A stretch of 64,000 bases of DNA. Source: Candidatus Eiseniibacteriota bacterium (lineage in GTDB: Bacteria > Eisenbacteria > RBG-16-71-46 > CAZAMP01). The stretch lies in contig OZ245046.1 of assembly GCA_965224245.1 (NCBI GenBank), positions 2,944,001-3,008,000 on the forward strand, written 5' to 3'. Shown piece after piece: positions 1 to 9,828 of the stretch. The first letter of the stretch is position 1, and the number at the start of each line of letters is the position of its first letter. The position numbers and the translations under genes were made by a program. The notes under the pieces are model-generated. The model did not search any database and was not told where the DNA came from. It was given only the letters and a program-made list of their open reading frames with translations.

Positions 1-437
1 GTCGGGATCGCGACCCCGGGGATCCCGAAGTCCTCCAGGGACCAGGGATCGTCGCCGAGCCGAAGATCGACCTCCGCCGGCGACAGACGGATCAGCGGAC
101 GGGCGAGGCGGTGCATCGCCATGAAGACGCGGCCCCATGTCGTCAGTCCGGGCGGGAGCGGTGGGTTTCCCTCCTCGACCCAGCTCGCCTCTCGCTCGTG
201 CACCGCCAGCGGCGCACCCGTGAGGGAGCGGATCGCGGCGGCCGAGCCCATGTGGTCCCAGTGGGCGTGCGTCAACAACACGAGCCCCACCTCGTCCGGC
301 CGAACTCCAGCTCGCTCGAGGCCCCGGAGGAAGGCCGGCGCACGGCTGGGCTGCCCCGCGTCGATCGCGACCACGCCCCGAGCTCGCAGCACCCAGCACG
401 TGTCGAAGCCCAGTGGAATCTCGTGAATCTCCGTCAC
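1..437 (-). CDS. MBL-fold metallo-hydrolase (partial, not in ORF track)
   Basis: Manual translation from GTG 437: MTEIHEIPLGFDTCWVL...IDAG...LLTHAHWDHMGS (HxHxDH). Confidence 0.85.
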   Translation of the reverse strand, partial: MTEIHEIPLGFDTCWVLRARGVVAIDAGQPSRAPAFLRGLERAGVRPDEVGLVLLTHAHWDHMGSAAAIRSLTGAPLAVHEREASWVEEGNPPLPPGLTTWGRVFMAMHRLARPLIRLSPAEVDLRLGDDPWSLEDFGIPGVAIP

Positions 438-519
438 ACCCACCTCGTGAGGGCCGGTCCGTCGGTCCACGCACCCCTCTCGATGCCGGAGCTCTGACCG
501 GCCACACATTCCGGCTCAG

Positions 520-1068
520 CTACCGGGACCTTACCTCCAGCGTGAACACGTCGTCTGTCGCCGCGTCGGTCGACGCACCGGTCGACACGGCCCGAACGAA
601 CCCGCACTTCTCGAGCACGCGACGCGAAGGCGGGTTGTTCGTGGCCACTCCGCCGATGATCCGGGTCACGCCCACGCCGCGGCACCAGTCCACGAACCCC
701 CGAATCAGCTCGCTGGCCAGGCCGCGTCCCCAGGCCGCCTCGGCCAGCAGGTAGCCGAGACGGAGCACCACTCCGTCCCCCCTCTCCCCGTCCTGAAGCA
801 AGATGACGAGGCCGACGGCGCGTCGCGAGGACCGCTCGACCACGAGAAGCGTGACGCCCTCCTCGTCGCGTGCCCGGATCCAGTCTCTCGCGCGGGCGAC
901 CGAGTAGGCACCGTGCCACTCCGGCGGCAGAGCGCGCGTGACCTCCTCGGTGAGGATCGACATGACCGCGTGCTCGAGATCGCCTTCACCCGGGTCATGA
1001 GACGACAGCGAGTGCCACTCCCCGACCATGAGGCGCGGCGTCTCGAACCTGCAAGTCGTGAGATCCAT
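520..1068 (-). CDS. GNAT acetyltransferase (RimJ/RimL type)
   Basis: LGYLLAEAAWGRGLASE and NPPSRRVLEKCGF motifs. Confidence 0.85.
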   Translation of the reverse strand: MDLTTCRFETPRLMVGEWHSLSSHDPGEGDLEHAVMSILTEEVTRALPPEWHGAYSVARARDWIRARDEEGVTLLVVERSSRRAVGLVILLQDGERGDGVVLRLGYLLAEAAWGRGLASELIRGFVDWCRGVGVTRIIGGVATNNPPSRRVLEKCGFVRAVSTGASTDAATDDVFTLEVRSR

Positions 1069-1117
1069 CCGGGCTCTCCCTGGAAAGACTGGAGCCGATG
1101 CTGACGGCTGCGGCCGG

Positions 1118-1966
1118 TCAGACCGTCTTGCGCGCGACCCGGGACGCCAGATGCAACGAGACACCGAGGAGCACACCCAACGCCGCGGTCACCAGGCTGA
1201 ACGTCCGTGGATCGTAGAACGATCCGTCGATCGGAAACAGCTGCCACGACACGTTGATCATGGCGTGGAACACCGACGCGGCAAAGACGCTGTCGCCGGC
1301 ACGGACATAGAGCCACACCATGATGACTCTGAGGCAGAGCGTACCCAGGGACCACCACGCGATCCACTCGATCGAGCGACCCATCTGGAGGAGAGGGACG
1401 ACGTGGAACGCCACCCACACCGACCCGAGCAGTACGCCCCCCGTCAGGACTCCACGACGCCGAAGCAGCGGCTCCGTGGCGTAGCCCGTCCAGCCCATCT
1501 CTTCTCCGAGTGCCGCCGTGAAGAAGACGGCAAGCAGAGGCACAACGGCAAGCGTCAACGATGGGGGATGAGGGATCGCGGTGCCCATGCTGCGCATGAT
1601 GTAGAAGGAGAGGACGGCAACGGCCGGGTTGAACAGCACGAGGAGGACGTACCACCTCTCGTCCCGGACGTGCCCGGCATCGAACGACCGGCGTAGCAGG
1701 CTCCTGACGGCGGCGACTCGACCCTCTCGGTGGACGAGTATGACGGCGGCGACGGCGGGAGTGAACGCGGCCAGCGCACCGATGGGAAGGCCCGGCAGCA
1801 GCTGGATCTCGAGGAGACTTCCCAGCGCCCAGAGGGGAGCCGACAGGGCAAACGTCAGGACGAAGAAGCCCCTGAGAGTCCTGCGTTCAGAGAGCAAGCG
1901 ACCGCCTCGCTGTCCGATGCTCGCGCTCACCGGCGTCGGCAGCCGGTGCGCGGAGTACCGGCGCAA
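1118..1966 (-). CDS. CPBP (CAAX/Abi) intramembrane protease; start uncertain
   Basis: GEEMGWTG, WVAFH and FHAMIN motifs, multiple TM segments. Confidence 0.85.
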   Translation of the reverse strand: MRRYSAHRLPTPVSASIGQRGGRLLSERRTLRGFFVLTFALSAPLWALGSLLEIQLLPGLPIGALAAFTPAVAAVILVHREGRVAAVRSLLRRSFDAGHVRDERWYVLLVLFNPAVAVLSFYIMRSMGTAIPHPPSLTLAVVPLLAVFFTAALGEEMGWTGYATEPLLRRRGVLTGGVLLGSVWVAFHVVPLLQMGRSIEWIAWWSLGTLCLRVIMVWLYVRAGDSVFAASVFHAMINVSWQLFPIDGSFYDPRTFSLVTAALGVLLGVSLHLASRVARKTV

Positions 1967-2022
1967 GCCACGTGCAAGAGACGTCCGTCGTCCGGTCGAG
2001 CACCTGCTCGTGCCCAGCGGTC

Positions 2023-2436
2023 CTACCTGACGGAGTCGACATACTCGACCGGGAACTTCAGGTCCGCGAGGACGTTCCGAAGACGCGTCGCATACTCGGG
2101 GTTCCGCTCATGCGGCTCGGGCGCTCGAACCAGGTTGTAGCACAGTGCGGGAACGGCCTTGCCCTCGAGGGGATGCGCGACCACCGCTTCCGGACGATAG
2201 GCGTCCAGGCCCGGCGCACCATAGAGGTGTTCAAGCTCCGCGTGCGTCAGCGCGATCAGCATTCCGTATGCACGAGCGCCCGGGGACGGCACCAACGTGG
2301 CGCGCTGGCCGATCCGCAGCGCGAAGTCGGCCACATACGCACGACGGAAGTTGGACGGCCTCGTTCCCGCCTGGCGAAGTACCTGAACGTCCATGAACAA
2401 GCCGTAGAAGAAACCGTCGATCCGCCGGGGATCCAT
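2023..2436 (-). CDS. Gamma-glutamylcyclotransferase-like protein
   Basis: FFYGLFMD N-terminal motif; GGAGG RBS before ATG 2436. Confidence 0.7.
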   Translation of the reverse strand: MDPRRIDGFFYGLFMDVQVLRQAGTRPSNFRRAYVADFALRIGQRATLVPSPGARAYGMLIALTHAELEHLYGAPGLDAYRPEAVVAHPLEGKAVPALCYNLVRAPEPHERNPEYATRLRNVLADLKFPVEYVDSVR

Positions 2437-2506
2437 GCACTCACCTCCTCCGCTCATGACGGACGACGGCGACCCGCTGCCGGGGACGGAGCCACGCCCT
2501 TCCCGG

Positions 2507-3037
2507 TCAACCGAGGCTGTCGTGCTCGGCGTCGTCCAACTCCTTGCGGTAGCGAACGGCCTCCAGGGGTGCACCAGGCTCGTGTGTCGTCGTGGCGCCA
2601 TCCGCTTCGAAGCCCATGGCCTCGTAGAAGCGTCTCGCCTGTGGGTTGCCGGCAAACACCCATAGGGTCGTCACGCGATATCCGCGTGCCTCGAGCAAGC
2701 GTTCCCCGTACCGGCAGAGGGCGGTGCCGATCCCTTTCCGCCAGTGCTCCGGTGCGAGGTAGATACCCCAGATCTCCCCGGTTGCCTTCCTGTCCACGTC
2801 CGCATCGCGGCATGCGCCGAGTGTGAGGAAGCCGAGGATCTCCCCGTCTCGCTCTGCGAGGTAGGTCTCCTCGGCATTCTCCGCCAGGGATTCGCGGAAG
2901 CGCCGCGCACGCCGCTCGCAGTCCAGGCCGTCCAGGTGAGCATCCGGCACGAGACCTCGGTACGCGGAACGCCACGAGTCGATGTGCAGCCGGGCAATGG
3001 CGTCTGCGTCATCGGCGGTTGCACGACGGATGTTCAT
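2507..3037 (-). CDS. GNAT acetyltransferase
   Basis: IYLAPEHWRKGIG and NPQARRFYEAMGF. Confidence 0.9.
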   Translation of the reverse strand: MNIRRATADDADAIARLHIDSWRSAYRGLVPDAHLDGLDCERRARRFRESLAENAEETYLAERDGEILGFLTLGACRDADVDRKATGEIWGIYLAPEHWRKGIGTALCRYGERLLEARGYRVTTLWVFAGNPQARRFYEAMGFEADGATTTHEPGAPLEAVRYRKELDDAEHDSLG

Positions 3038-3068
3038 TCTCGGCTCCCGCGTCGGGTGAGGCGGTCGG

Positions 3069-3635
3069 TCAAGCGGTTCGCCCTCCGGGTGGCCACTCCC
3101 GCGAGAGGAGACCGTAGAGAGCCGAGTCCGAGACCTCCTCGCCCACGATCCAGCGCTCGCGTAGCAGGCCTTCGCGCCGAAAGCCGAGCTTCTCCAGGCT
3201 GCGCGCCGAGCCGACGTTTCTCGGGTCGATGTCGGCTTCCAATCGGTTGAGCGAAAGCTCGACGAACGCGAACGTGATCAGGGAGCTGACGGCTTCGAAC
3301 ATGTAGCCCTTGCGCCAGTGATCGCGGGCAATACCGTAGCCCAGCTCCGCACGACGACACTGCTCGTTGAAGTTGAACAGGGAGCTCGTGCCCACCAGTC
3401 GCGGCTCCTCCCGGAGAAAGACGCCCAGGCGAAGGTGCTCGCCCGCGGCGAGCGCGCGGCGATCGTCTTCGATGAGCGCGACTGCTCGATCCACGGACGT
3501 CCACGGCTCCGAGCTCCAGAACCGCATGAACTCGGGATCGGAGAAGATGCCGAAGAGCGCCTCGGCGTCCGGGATGCACAGCGGTCGAAGACTCAGCCGC
3601 TCGGTGGAAATCGAAACCCCGGAGAACGACCGCAT
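3069..3635 (-). CDS. GNAT acetyltransferase (RimJ/RimL type)
   Basis: ELGYGIARDHWRKGYM and NVGSARSLEKLGF. Confidence 0.9.
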   Translation of the reverse strand: MRSFSGVSISTERLSLRPLCIPDAEALFGIFSDPEFMRFWSSEPWTSVDRAVALIEDDRRALAAGEHLRLGVFLREEPRLVGTSSLFNFNEQCRRAELGYGIARDHWRKGYMFEAVSSLITFAFVELSLNRLEADIDPRNVGSARSLEKLGFRREGLLRERWIVGEEVSDSALYGLLSREWPPGGRTA

Positions 3636-3799
3636 GGCTCCCTGCGCTGTTGGAGATCAGCGGGTATCCCTCAGTCGTGACACACGAACACCTCGACGAG
3701 TGACTCGACCGTACCAGATACCCATCGCAGCCGTCGATGAGGGCGGTGACCGATCCGCTCTGCGCACTCGTCGGCACCTCGACGCCCGGCAGGGAGCGT

Positions 3800-4261
3800 C
3801 TACGCCCCCGCTTCCCGGAAGCGCCCGGGGACGTGCGCCAGGTAGTCCTCCGGGCGTGCGGGGCCGGACATCATCGTCGCGATCCACGCCTGTCGCTCCT
3901 CCCACACCACCTCCAGGTCCCACACACAGACCGACTCGCCGTCGACGGCCGGTCGCCACTCCTCGCCTTCGCGACGCACCCACACCCTGATGGGCAGCTC
4001 GTTCTCGTTACTCCACCACGCGAGGATCAGGTAGTTCTCCGCGCGACCCTGGTGGGCGACGAGAAAGCCGAGACCCGGTCGTCCCCGGTCGGGGTCGGGA
4101 CCTGGCAGGCCGTCCGATGCCATGCCCATGGGCAGCTCGAAGTCCTCGACGTCGAAGGCTGCGCCGCCGTAGACCACGCTGAAGAGCTTGAGAGACCAGC
4201 CTCCGCGGCTCCGGATGCCCCGAAAGCGGGTCTCGCGTGGTGCAAACCTCTGCAGCTCCAT
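3800..4261 (-). CDS. Hypothetical protein
   Basis: Protein-like composition, GGAGG RBS, cassette-sized. Confidence 0.7.
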   Translation of the reverse strand: MELQRFAPRETRFRGIRSRGGWSLKLFSVVYGGAAFDVEDFELPMGMASDGLPGPDPDRGRPGLGFLVAHQGRAENYLILAWWSNENELPIRVWVRREGEEWRPAVDGESVCVWDLEVVWEERQAWIATMMSGPARPEDYLAHVPGRFREAGA

Positions 4262-4440
4262 GGTCCCTCCGTGGGTGACTCGTCCGATCCATCTTGCTGG
4301 TGATGATGTCGGTGCGATCAGGCCGGGTCCAGCGTTCAGGAGCGGTCCGGAGAACTCCGGTCATGGGAGGTCGAATCCGCCCGAAGAGCCTCGACCGCGC
4401 GCAACGCCACCCGCTGCATGCTCTCGGAGGCGGAGCCAGA

Positions 4441-5430
4441 TCACGTGCCGCCAACGTGGAGCTCGGCCTGATCGGATCCGGACGCGATCGTGAGCTCGAG
4501 GTTCTCTCCGAGCTCGAGACGCAGCTCATGATCGACGGGTCTCGACAGAGAGAACTGAATGGAGGTGATCCCATACCTCGGTTGCTCGGACCTCCGAACG
4601 GCGATCGTGCAGTTGGGCCCCTGGAACTGCTCGACAGCACCACGAATCGTGCGATCAAACCCGGCCGCCATCAGAAGCACCGCCAACGCATCGGCGTCCG
4701 ACAACGAGGCGACCACCTCGATACCGGCGATGTCGTCGAACAGTACGTCGCCTAGCGAGGCATCCGGCTTCAGCATCTCGACCGTCGCCACCATCTGGTG
4801 ACTGCGCGGCGCGAAGCCCGCGGCGTCCCGCTCGACCCCGAGGTAGTCCGCCGGCCGGTCCTGGTGATCCTCCATCAACCACGAGTAGAGCCTCGGCCAG
4901 CCCTCCGCCATCGACACTTCCCAGTACAGCGGTGTGTCGTGATCTTCGCCGGGTATCGCCTCCAGACGTCGAGTGACCGCCTCACCATGTACCTTGTGCA
5001 GGCGTTCATACACCACATCGAGCTCGCCCAGGGTCTGGCTGCTCAAGGCGACGCCGGCGAAGCCGACCTGGACGTCCTTCGGGGCATTCGAGCCCAGCAG
5101 CTCCACGTAGGCATTTCGCCCCATGAGGTAGATGGCGGTGAACGGGCCGCTCTCGATCGTCTGAGTCAGCTCGAGCAGGACGGAGAATTGCTCCCCGAGG
5201 AACTCCGACTCCAGGACCGCCTCGTAGTCCTCCTTCTCCAGAGCAACAAACAGGTGGTTCACCTCGAGCATGGGCCCATCCGCTCTCCCGGCATCATCCG
5301 CGACCGTGACTCCGCCCTCTCGAGGACTCGGGTCCGCGCTACCGATCACGTGCGTGGCGAGTCCGAGCAGCAGCAGTGTCGTGGCACGAACCACGGTGCT
5401 CCGAGTGACGTTCAGGCGGTCGCCTCCCAT
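4441..5430 (-). CDS. Exported DUF5829-like protein
   Basis: Signal-like N-terminus; NHLFVAL..EDYEAVLESEFL and IYLMGRNAYVEL. Confidence 0.6.
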   Translation of the reverse strand: MGGDRLNVTRSTVVRATTLLLLGLATHVIGSADPSPREGGVTVADDAGRADGPMLEVNHLFVALEKEDYEAVLESEFLGEQFSVLLELTQTIESGPFTAIYLMGRNAYVELLGSNAPKDVQVGFAGVALSSQTLGELDVVYERLHKVHGEAVTRRLEAIPGEDHDTPLYWEVSMAEGWPRLYSWLMEDHQDRPADYLGVERDAAGFAPRSHQMVATVEMLKPDASLGDVLFDDIAGIEVVASLSDADALAVLLMAAGFDRTIRGAVEQFQGPNCTIAVRRSEQPRYGITSIQFSLSRPVDHELRLELGENLELTIASGSDQAELHVGGT

Positions 5431-6229
5431 CGCCGTCTCCAATCCCGCTCTTCATGTTCACCTGCGAGCTGTCTCCAACATCGGACCGCTCACACACCCC
5501 CGGATCGTCCACCCCGAAGACGAAGACCATCTCTCTCGCCTGCCGGTGATCGAAGTCCCGGCGGTCCCAGTCCCCGTAGAGCGACAGATGCCTCAGGCCC
5601 GCCTCTCCGGCGAGACGCGCGACCTCATCGACCTGCCAGAATCGAATGCGGCTTCGCGACGTCAGAGCCTCATCAGGAAACTCGTAGTGCAGGTCGAACA
5701 GCATCAGGCTGCCCTCCATTCCCACGAACTCCCGGGTCTCCCGAACCACTCCCTCTTCTGTCTCGAGGTCGACGCTGTAGTTCCACATCGCGGGCCAGCT
5801 CAACGCTGGATTCCGGGCCTCGAAGACCACCCTACCACCCCGCTGGAGGTGATTCCGAGAGTGCCGAAAGAACGCGAGTACCTGATCGTCCCGCACCAGA
5901 GCCTGGAACGCATTCCCGGTCATGATGATCAGGTCGTACCGGGTGGCACTCTCGTACTCCTCGGCCGAGGATTGCACCCACTCCACCCTGTCCCCGCCAG
6001 GTCGGGCCCGGGCCACGTCGAGCATCTCCCTGGCAGGATCAACGCCCGTGACCCGATTGCCGCAACGGGCAATGGCCGACGCGACCAGACCCGTTCCGCA
6101 TCCCATGTCCAGCACGCGTATGCCTGGCCCTCGTGAAACGTCGAGATAGAACTGTCGGTCTCTCGACCACGGGCAGCTCGTGTCGTAGAGGGCGCAGAGA
6201 CGAGGGGTGACGTAGTGCACGTCCAACAT
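5339..6229 (-). CDS. Class I SAM methyltransferase (C-terminal read-through overlaps next gene)
   Basis: VLDMGCGTG, VTGVDP. Confidence 0.85.
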   Translation of the reverse strand: MLDVHYVTPRLCALYDTSCPWSRDRQFYLDVSRGPGIRVLDMGCGTGLVASAIARCGNRVTGVDPAREMLDVARARPGGDRVEWVQSSAEEYESATRYDLIIMTGNAFQALVRDDQVLAFFRHSRNHLQRGGRVVFEARNPALSWPAMWNYSVDLETEEGVVRETREFVGMEGSLMLFDLHYEFPDEALTSRSRIRFWQVDEVARLAGEAGLRHLSLYGDWDRRDFDHRQAREMVFVFGVDDPGVCERSDVGDSSQVNMKSGIGDGDGRRPPERHSEHRGSCHDTAAARTRHARDR

Positions 6230-6347
6230 GTTCCTCGCCCTCTTCTCGCCGGTCGACACGCGATGCGTCGGCTCCCTGCGGCCCGACGACCCCACGCTTC
6301 TGCGTCCAGCGCGAGCTCGTCCGGTGCGAGCGCTGGCTGGCGGCACG

Positions 6348-7151
6348 CTACGCCCCAGCTCGTGCTGCCCAGGCTCTCGCGGTCAATGGTATCGCCCCGT
6401 CCTCGTTCCGGGGCAACGTTGCCGCCAGACGGCTCGCGAGCTCCTCCTGTCTCCGGGCGGAGAGTGAGGACAGATAGCCCGGAGCCGGACCGGGGCCGCC
6501 CACAAATGGGCTCCAGTAGTCATCGAAGTCCTGGAAGCGTGTCGTGACCTCGATCGCCTCGACTCCGATCCGGGAAAAGCCCGCCTCTCGGAATGCGGCT
6601 TCCAGCCCGGAAGGGGAGCAGATCGGGAAGCGCTCACCCTCATCGTACTGACGAGCGGCAGGGTCGAGCTCGACCGCGGCATCCCAGAACCGGCGGAGGA
6701 ACTCCATGCCTCCGGCATAATCCCAGACACACGCGGCTACCACGGCGCGGTCGGCGGCGAGCGACCTCATTGCACGGAGGGCCGCCACCGGCTCCGGAAT
6801 GAAGTTCAAGACGAGAGAGGAGATCACCACGTCGTAGCCATCCGCCCGGGTCGGTAGCTCGTCCGCGCTCGCGGTGAGGAGCTCGACCCGGTGATCGTCG
6901 AGCGCGGCGCGCGTGTGTGCGACGAACTGCTCCGAGGAGTCCGTCGCCACCACGGAAGCGGGGTCCCCGATCTCGAGTATCTTCGACGTCAACGCCCCCG
7001 TGCCGCAGCCGACCTCGAGCCAGTGGCGGCCCCGAGGCACGTCCAGCCAGGTGACGAAGACGCGTGCCAGCTCCCGGCTCCATCGCCCCATGAAGCGCTC
7101 GTATGCGCTCCCGCTCTCCCAGACATCGCGTGGCGAATCGTCACGTACCAT
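6348..7151 (-). CDS. Class I SAM methyltransferase
   Basis: WLEVGCGTG, YERFMGRWS. Confidence 0.9.
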   Translation of the reverse strand: MVRDDSPRDVWESGSAYERFMGRWSRELARVFVTWLDVPRGRHWLEVGCGTGALTSKILEIGDPASVVATDSSEQFVAHTRAALDDHRVELLTASADELPTRADGYDVVISSLVLNFIPEPVAALRAMRSLAADRAVVAACVWDYAGGMEFLRRFWDAAVELDPAARQYDEGERFPICSPSGLEAAFREAGFSRIGVEAIEVTTRFQDFDDYWSPFVGGPGPAPGYLSSLSARRQEELASRLAATLPRNEDGAIPLTARAWAARAGA

Positions 7152-7217
7152 TCTCACTCCTGACCTCGTGGTGTGGACTGACGGCAGCGAGCTCAGCTCC
7201 ACCATCCCGGGATCTGC

Positions 7218-7766
7218 TCACTCATCAGCCTTCGGTGCACTGAAGGCCTTGCTGTAGAAGCCCGATGGATCGAAGCAGCACACTCGCTTCTTCCCCGAGG
7301 CGAGCATGTCACATGCGTCATCGATTCTCTCGCTGCGGGTCGTCGCCCGTTTCGCTGACGTGATCCAATGGACCCAATCGACGCGGGCAATGGTCGTCGT
7401 CGCGTCCCAGGTGGCTCGGGCCCCGGGAGCGGAGGCCAGCGCCAGAGCGAGATCATCTGGAACCTCCGGCTCGGGCTCCTCGGTGGCCATGATCTCGAAA
7501 TGGGCGATGTCGCCGATCCTCGCGCCCGATGCCGCGAGCAGCTTCGGCTCGATCCGCAACCAGTGACTCTTCTGGCCATCCGGCTCGAGCAAGACCTCGA
7601 ACGGGTGGCCGTTGAGGGTCCCCGACACCGTCGTGCGGCCGCGCCGCGGCAGTCTCCTGCTTGCATCATCGGGCAAGACGACGAATGCCCACTCGCCACC
7701 GCCTCCCGGCTCCTTCGGGCGAAGCAGTCGCGCGTCGAACCTGGATCTCGTTTCCTGCTTCTTCAT
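7218..7766 (-). CDS. DUF1905 / YdeI-OmpD-associated family protein
   Basis: VSGTLNGHPF, VPDDLALAL, WITSAKRATTR. Confidence 0.8.
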   Translation of the reverse strand: MKKQETRSRFDARLLRPKEPGGGGEWAFVVLPDDASRRLPRRGRTTVSGTLNGHPFEVLLEPDGQKSHWLRIEPKLLAASGARIGDIAHFEIMATEEPEPEVPDDLALALASAPGARATWDATTTIARVDWVHWITSAKRATTRSERIDDACDMLASGKKRVCCFDPSGFYSKAFSAPKADE

Positions 7767-7791
7767 GAGCCCAACGACCTCACCCAGACAT

Positions 7792-7860
7792 GTCCAACGT
7801 CCCCCTTGCTCAGCCGCGGGCGGAGTGGTCGCCCGTCGGCTGGAGCGCCCGCTGCTAGCC
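7792..7860 (-). repeat. Degenerate attC site
   Basis: + strand GTCCAAC...CTCAGCCGCGGGCG..CGCCCGTCGGCTGGAG...GCTAGCC palindrome. Confidence 0.6.
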
Positions 7861-8361
7861 GGTTTCCTGGCGACCGGGCGCGTCGCTCCTCCTGGGCTTC
7901 AGCCAGCCTCGCCGTTCCGGATGAAGCGCGAGCCTCGCCGAGTCACCCTCGTAGCCGGCGTTGTCCCCCGTGAACCGGCTCTCGACGACGAAGCCCTCAC
8001 TCTCGTACAGACCGAGGGCCGCGTCGTTGTTGCCGCACGCAAGCGTCCAGGCATCCTCGTCCAGGCGAGCGAGGCAGTGCCTCAGGAGCGCCCGACCCAC
8101 TCCGCGCCTGTAGTAGGCGGGATCGACGTAGAGCCAGGCCAGGTACGGCTCGTCGATGCCCGCGAATCCCAGAATCTCGTCGCCCTGCTGAGCGACGAAC
8201 ATGGTACAGGACTCGACGTACTCGCCCTCAGGATCATCGGCCAGAGGAATGAACGCCCGCACATCGAAGGATCCACGCAGCTCGTCGGGTCGCGAGCGGT
8301 CATGCACGCGGCAAACGGCCGGCCAGTCCTCTGGCCGATAGTCTCGGATGATGAAGTCCAT
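7855..8361 (-). CDS. GNAT acetyltransferase
   Basis: LYVDPAYYRRGVG and NDAALGLYESEGF; start ATG 8361. Confidence 0.85.
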   Translation of the reverse strand: MDFIIRDYRPEDWPAVCRVHDRSRPDELRGSFDVRAFIPLADDPEGEYVESCTMFVAQQGDEILGFAGIDEPYLAWLYVDPAYYRRGVGRALLRHCLARLDEDAWTLACGNNDAALGLYESEGFVVESRFTGDNAGYEGDSARLALHPERRGWLKPRRSDAPGRQETG

Positions 8362-8499
8362 GGGCACCCTTCCGACTCTCGAGAGACACCTGACCAACGG
8401 ATCCGGGCCTCTGTTGCGCGACCATGATGCCCCCGCGGGGCCGCGAGCTGCAAGGTGAGTGGCTCCGGACCTCACGGCGTACTGCGGCGCCGCAACCTG

Positions 8500-8672
8500 T
8501 GTCAGGGGGCGCCGTCCCGACGAACCCCTCGCTCGAGAGAACGCCTCGGATGAACCGTGACTTCCCTTCGATGTAGAAAGGACGATCACGAGGAAAACGG
8601 CTCGCCAGCTCCTCCTCGAGCTCGGCGTACGCCGACTACCTCGCCGCGCCTGAGTCCCAGCGGTTCCGTCAT
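8500..8672 (-). pseudogene. GrpB (UPF0157)-like remnant with large internal deletion
   Basis: MTEPLGLRRGEVV joined out of frame to AYAELEEELASRFPRDRPFYIEGKSRFIRGVL. Confidence 0.6.
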
Positions 8673-8696
8673 GGTACTCGCTCCGGTTGCCGCGCT

Positions 8697-8761
8697 CCCT
8701 GACGTTCCCCGGCTCAGCTGCGGGCGGCGTAGCCGCCCATCGGCCACACGCGCGGTTAGCA
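8697..8761 (-). repeat. Degenerate attC site
   Basis: CCCTGAC...CTCAGCTGCGGGCGGC GTA GCCGCCC...GTTAGCA. Confidence 0.6.
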
Positions 8762-8810
8762 GCCCTGCGGGGCGGCAGCAAACGCGTGTCAGAATGCGAC
8801 CCACGCCCAG

Positions 8811-9566
8811 TCACCGACCATCGCTCGCGGAACCCGACCGGATGAAGGCGATGATGTCGTCGGCCCTGGTACGCATCTGGTCGATCACGCGAAGGTTGAA
8901 GGTGTGATGCTGAACGATCGCAGGCAGTTCGTCACGAGCGGCACGCCTCGCGGCAAAGGCCCCGGCAATCTCCACCGCGCGATCGGGTTCGAGGGTCAAC
9001 TTGCCGTAGTCTCCTCCGGCGAGCTCCACTGCTTCCAGCTCGTCGATACTCAGCAAGCCTGCCACTGCAGCGTCGAAGCGTTGCTGTGCCATCAGGTCTT
9101 CACCGACCCTGGCGTCGTGTTGCAGGGCCGTGTAGTGCGCGGCCAACCTGCGACGCAACGGCTCGGAACGTATCAGCGCCAACCTCCCTGTACTCTGAAG
9201 CTCGTGGTAGACGAATGCGTTGATCCGGGGAAACGAGCGCCAGCTCACCGTTTCGATGGCCCACGGCACTCGGGCAGGCTGGTCGGAGGCCAGCGCCGGA
9301 TCTACCGCCATGCGCTCGAGGAGGCGAGCGGCCTCGATCCGGTCGCGGGCATACTCCTCTGCATCGTCCATTCGTGTGCGCTCAGCCATCAGGTCCTCTG
9401 CCAGGCGCTCCAGGTACAGATCCTCGAGCCTGAGCTCTTCTCGGTGCTTGGCCCACGCATCGAGCTGAAGTGCCAGCAGGATTCCGACGATCACGACGAC
9501 GAGCTCGATGAGAACACCGAACCAGGAGTAGCCTTTGATCCGCCCGAAGATCCGTCGGATTAGCAT
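8811..9566 (-). CDS. Membrane-anchored hypothetical protein (DUF6090-like)
   Basis: IELVVVIVGILLALQLDAW anchor, ELQSTGRLALI. Confidence 0.7.
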   Translation of the reverse strand: MLIRRIFGRIKGYSWFGVLIELVVVIVGILLALQLDAWAKHREELRLEDLYLERLAEDLMAERTRMDDAEEYARDRIEAARLLERMAVDPALASDQPARVPWAIETVSWRSFPRINAFVYHELQSTGRLALIRSEPLRRRLAAHYTALQHDARVGEDLMAQQRFDAAVAGLLSIDELEAVELAGGDYGKLTLEPDRAVEIAGAFAARRAARDELPAIVQHHTFNLRVIDQMRTRADDIIAFIRSGSASDGR

Positions 9567-9604
9567 GCCTCACTCCTCGCGGTCCCACGCCCGGCTGTGT
9601 CGCG

Positions 9605-9662
9605 TCCCGACAACGAGCATCAACCGGCGCGTGGCGGCGTCAGCTGCATGCGCTCGTCGAGC
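9605..9662 (-). repeat. Degenerate attC site
   Basis: GCATCAAC...CGTCAGCTGCATGC, same layout as the attC at 17655. Confidence 0.6.
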
Positions 9663-9679
9663 GGCGCGCTCGAGCTACC

Positions 9680-9781
9680 CACCAGCGCCGCTCCCGACCC
9701 GGGATTGTCGATGTCCTGACCCGGCGCGGCTACGTATCCGTCGAGTGAGATGATGAAGCTCTCCACTCGGACCCGTGTCAT
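9680..9781 (-). pseudogene. Dihydrofolate-reductase/RibD-C family N-terminal remnant
   Basis: MTRVRVESFIISLDGYVAAPGQDIDNP then runs into attC. Confidence 0.6.
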
Positions 9782-9828
9782 CTTCAGACCTCGATTGTGA
9801 CGGCCGGCGTCGGTCCGCCTCACCTCTG

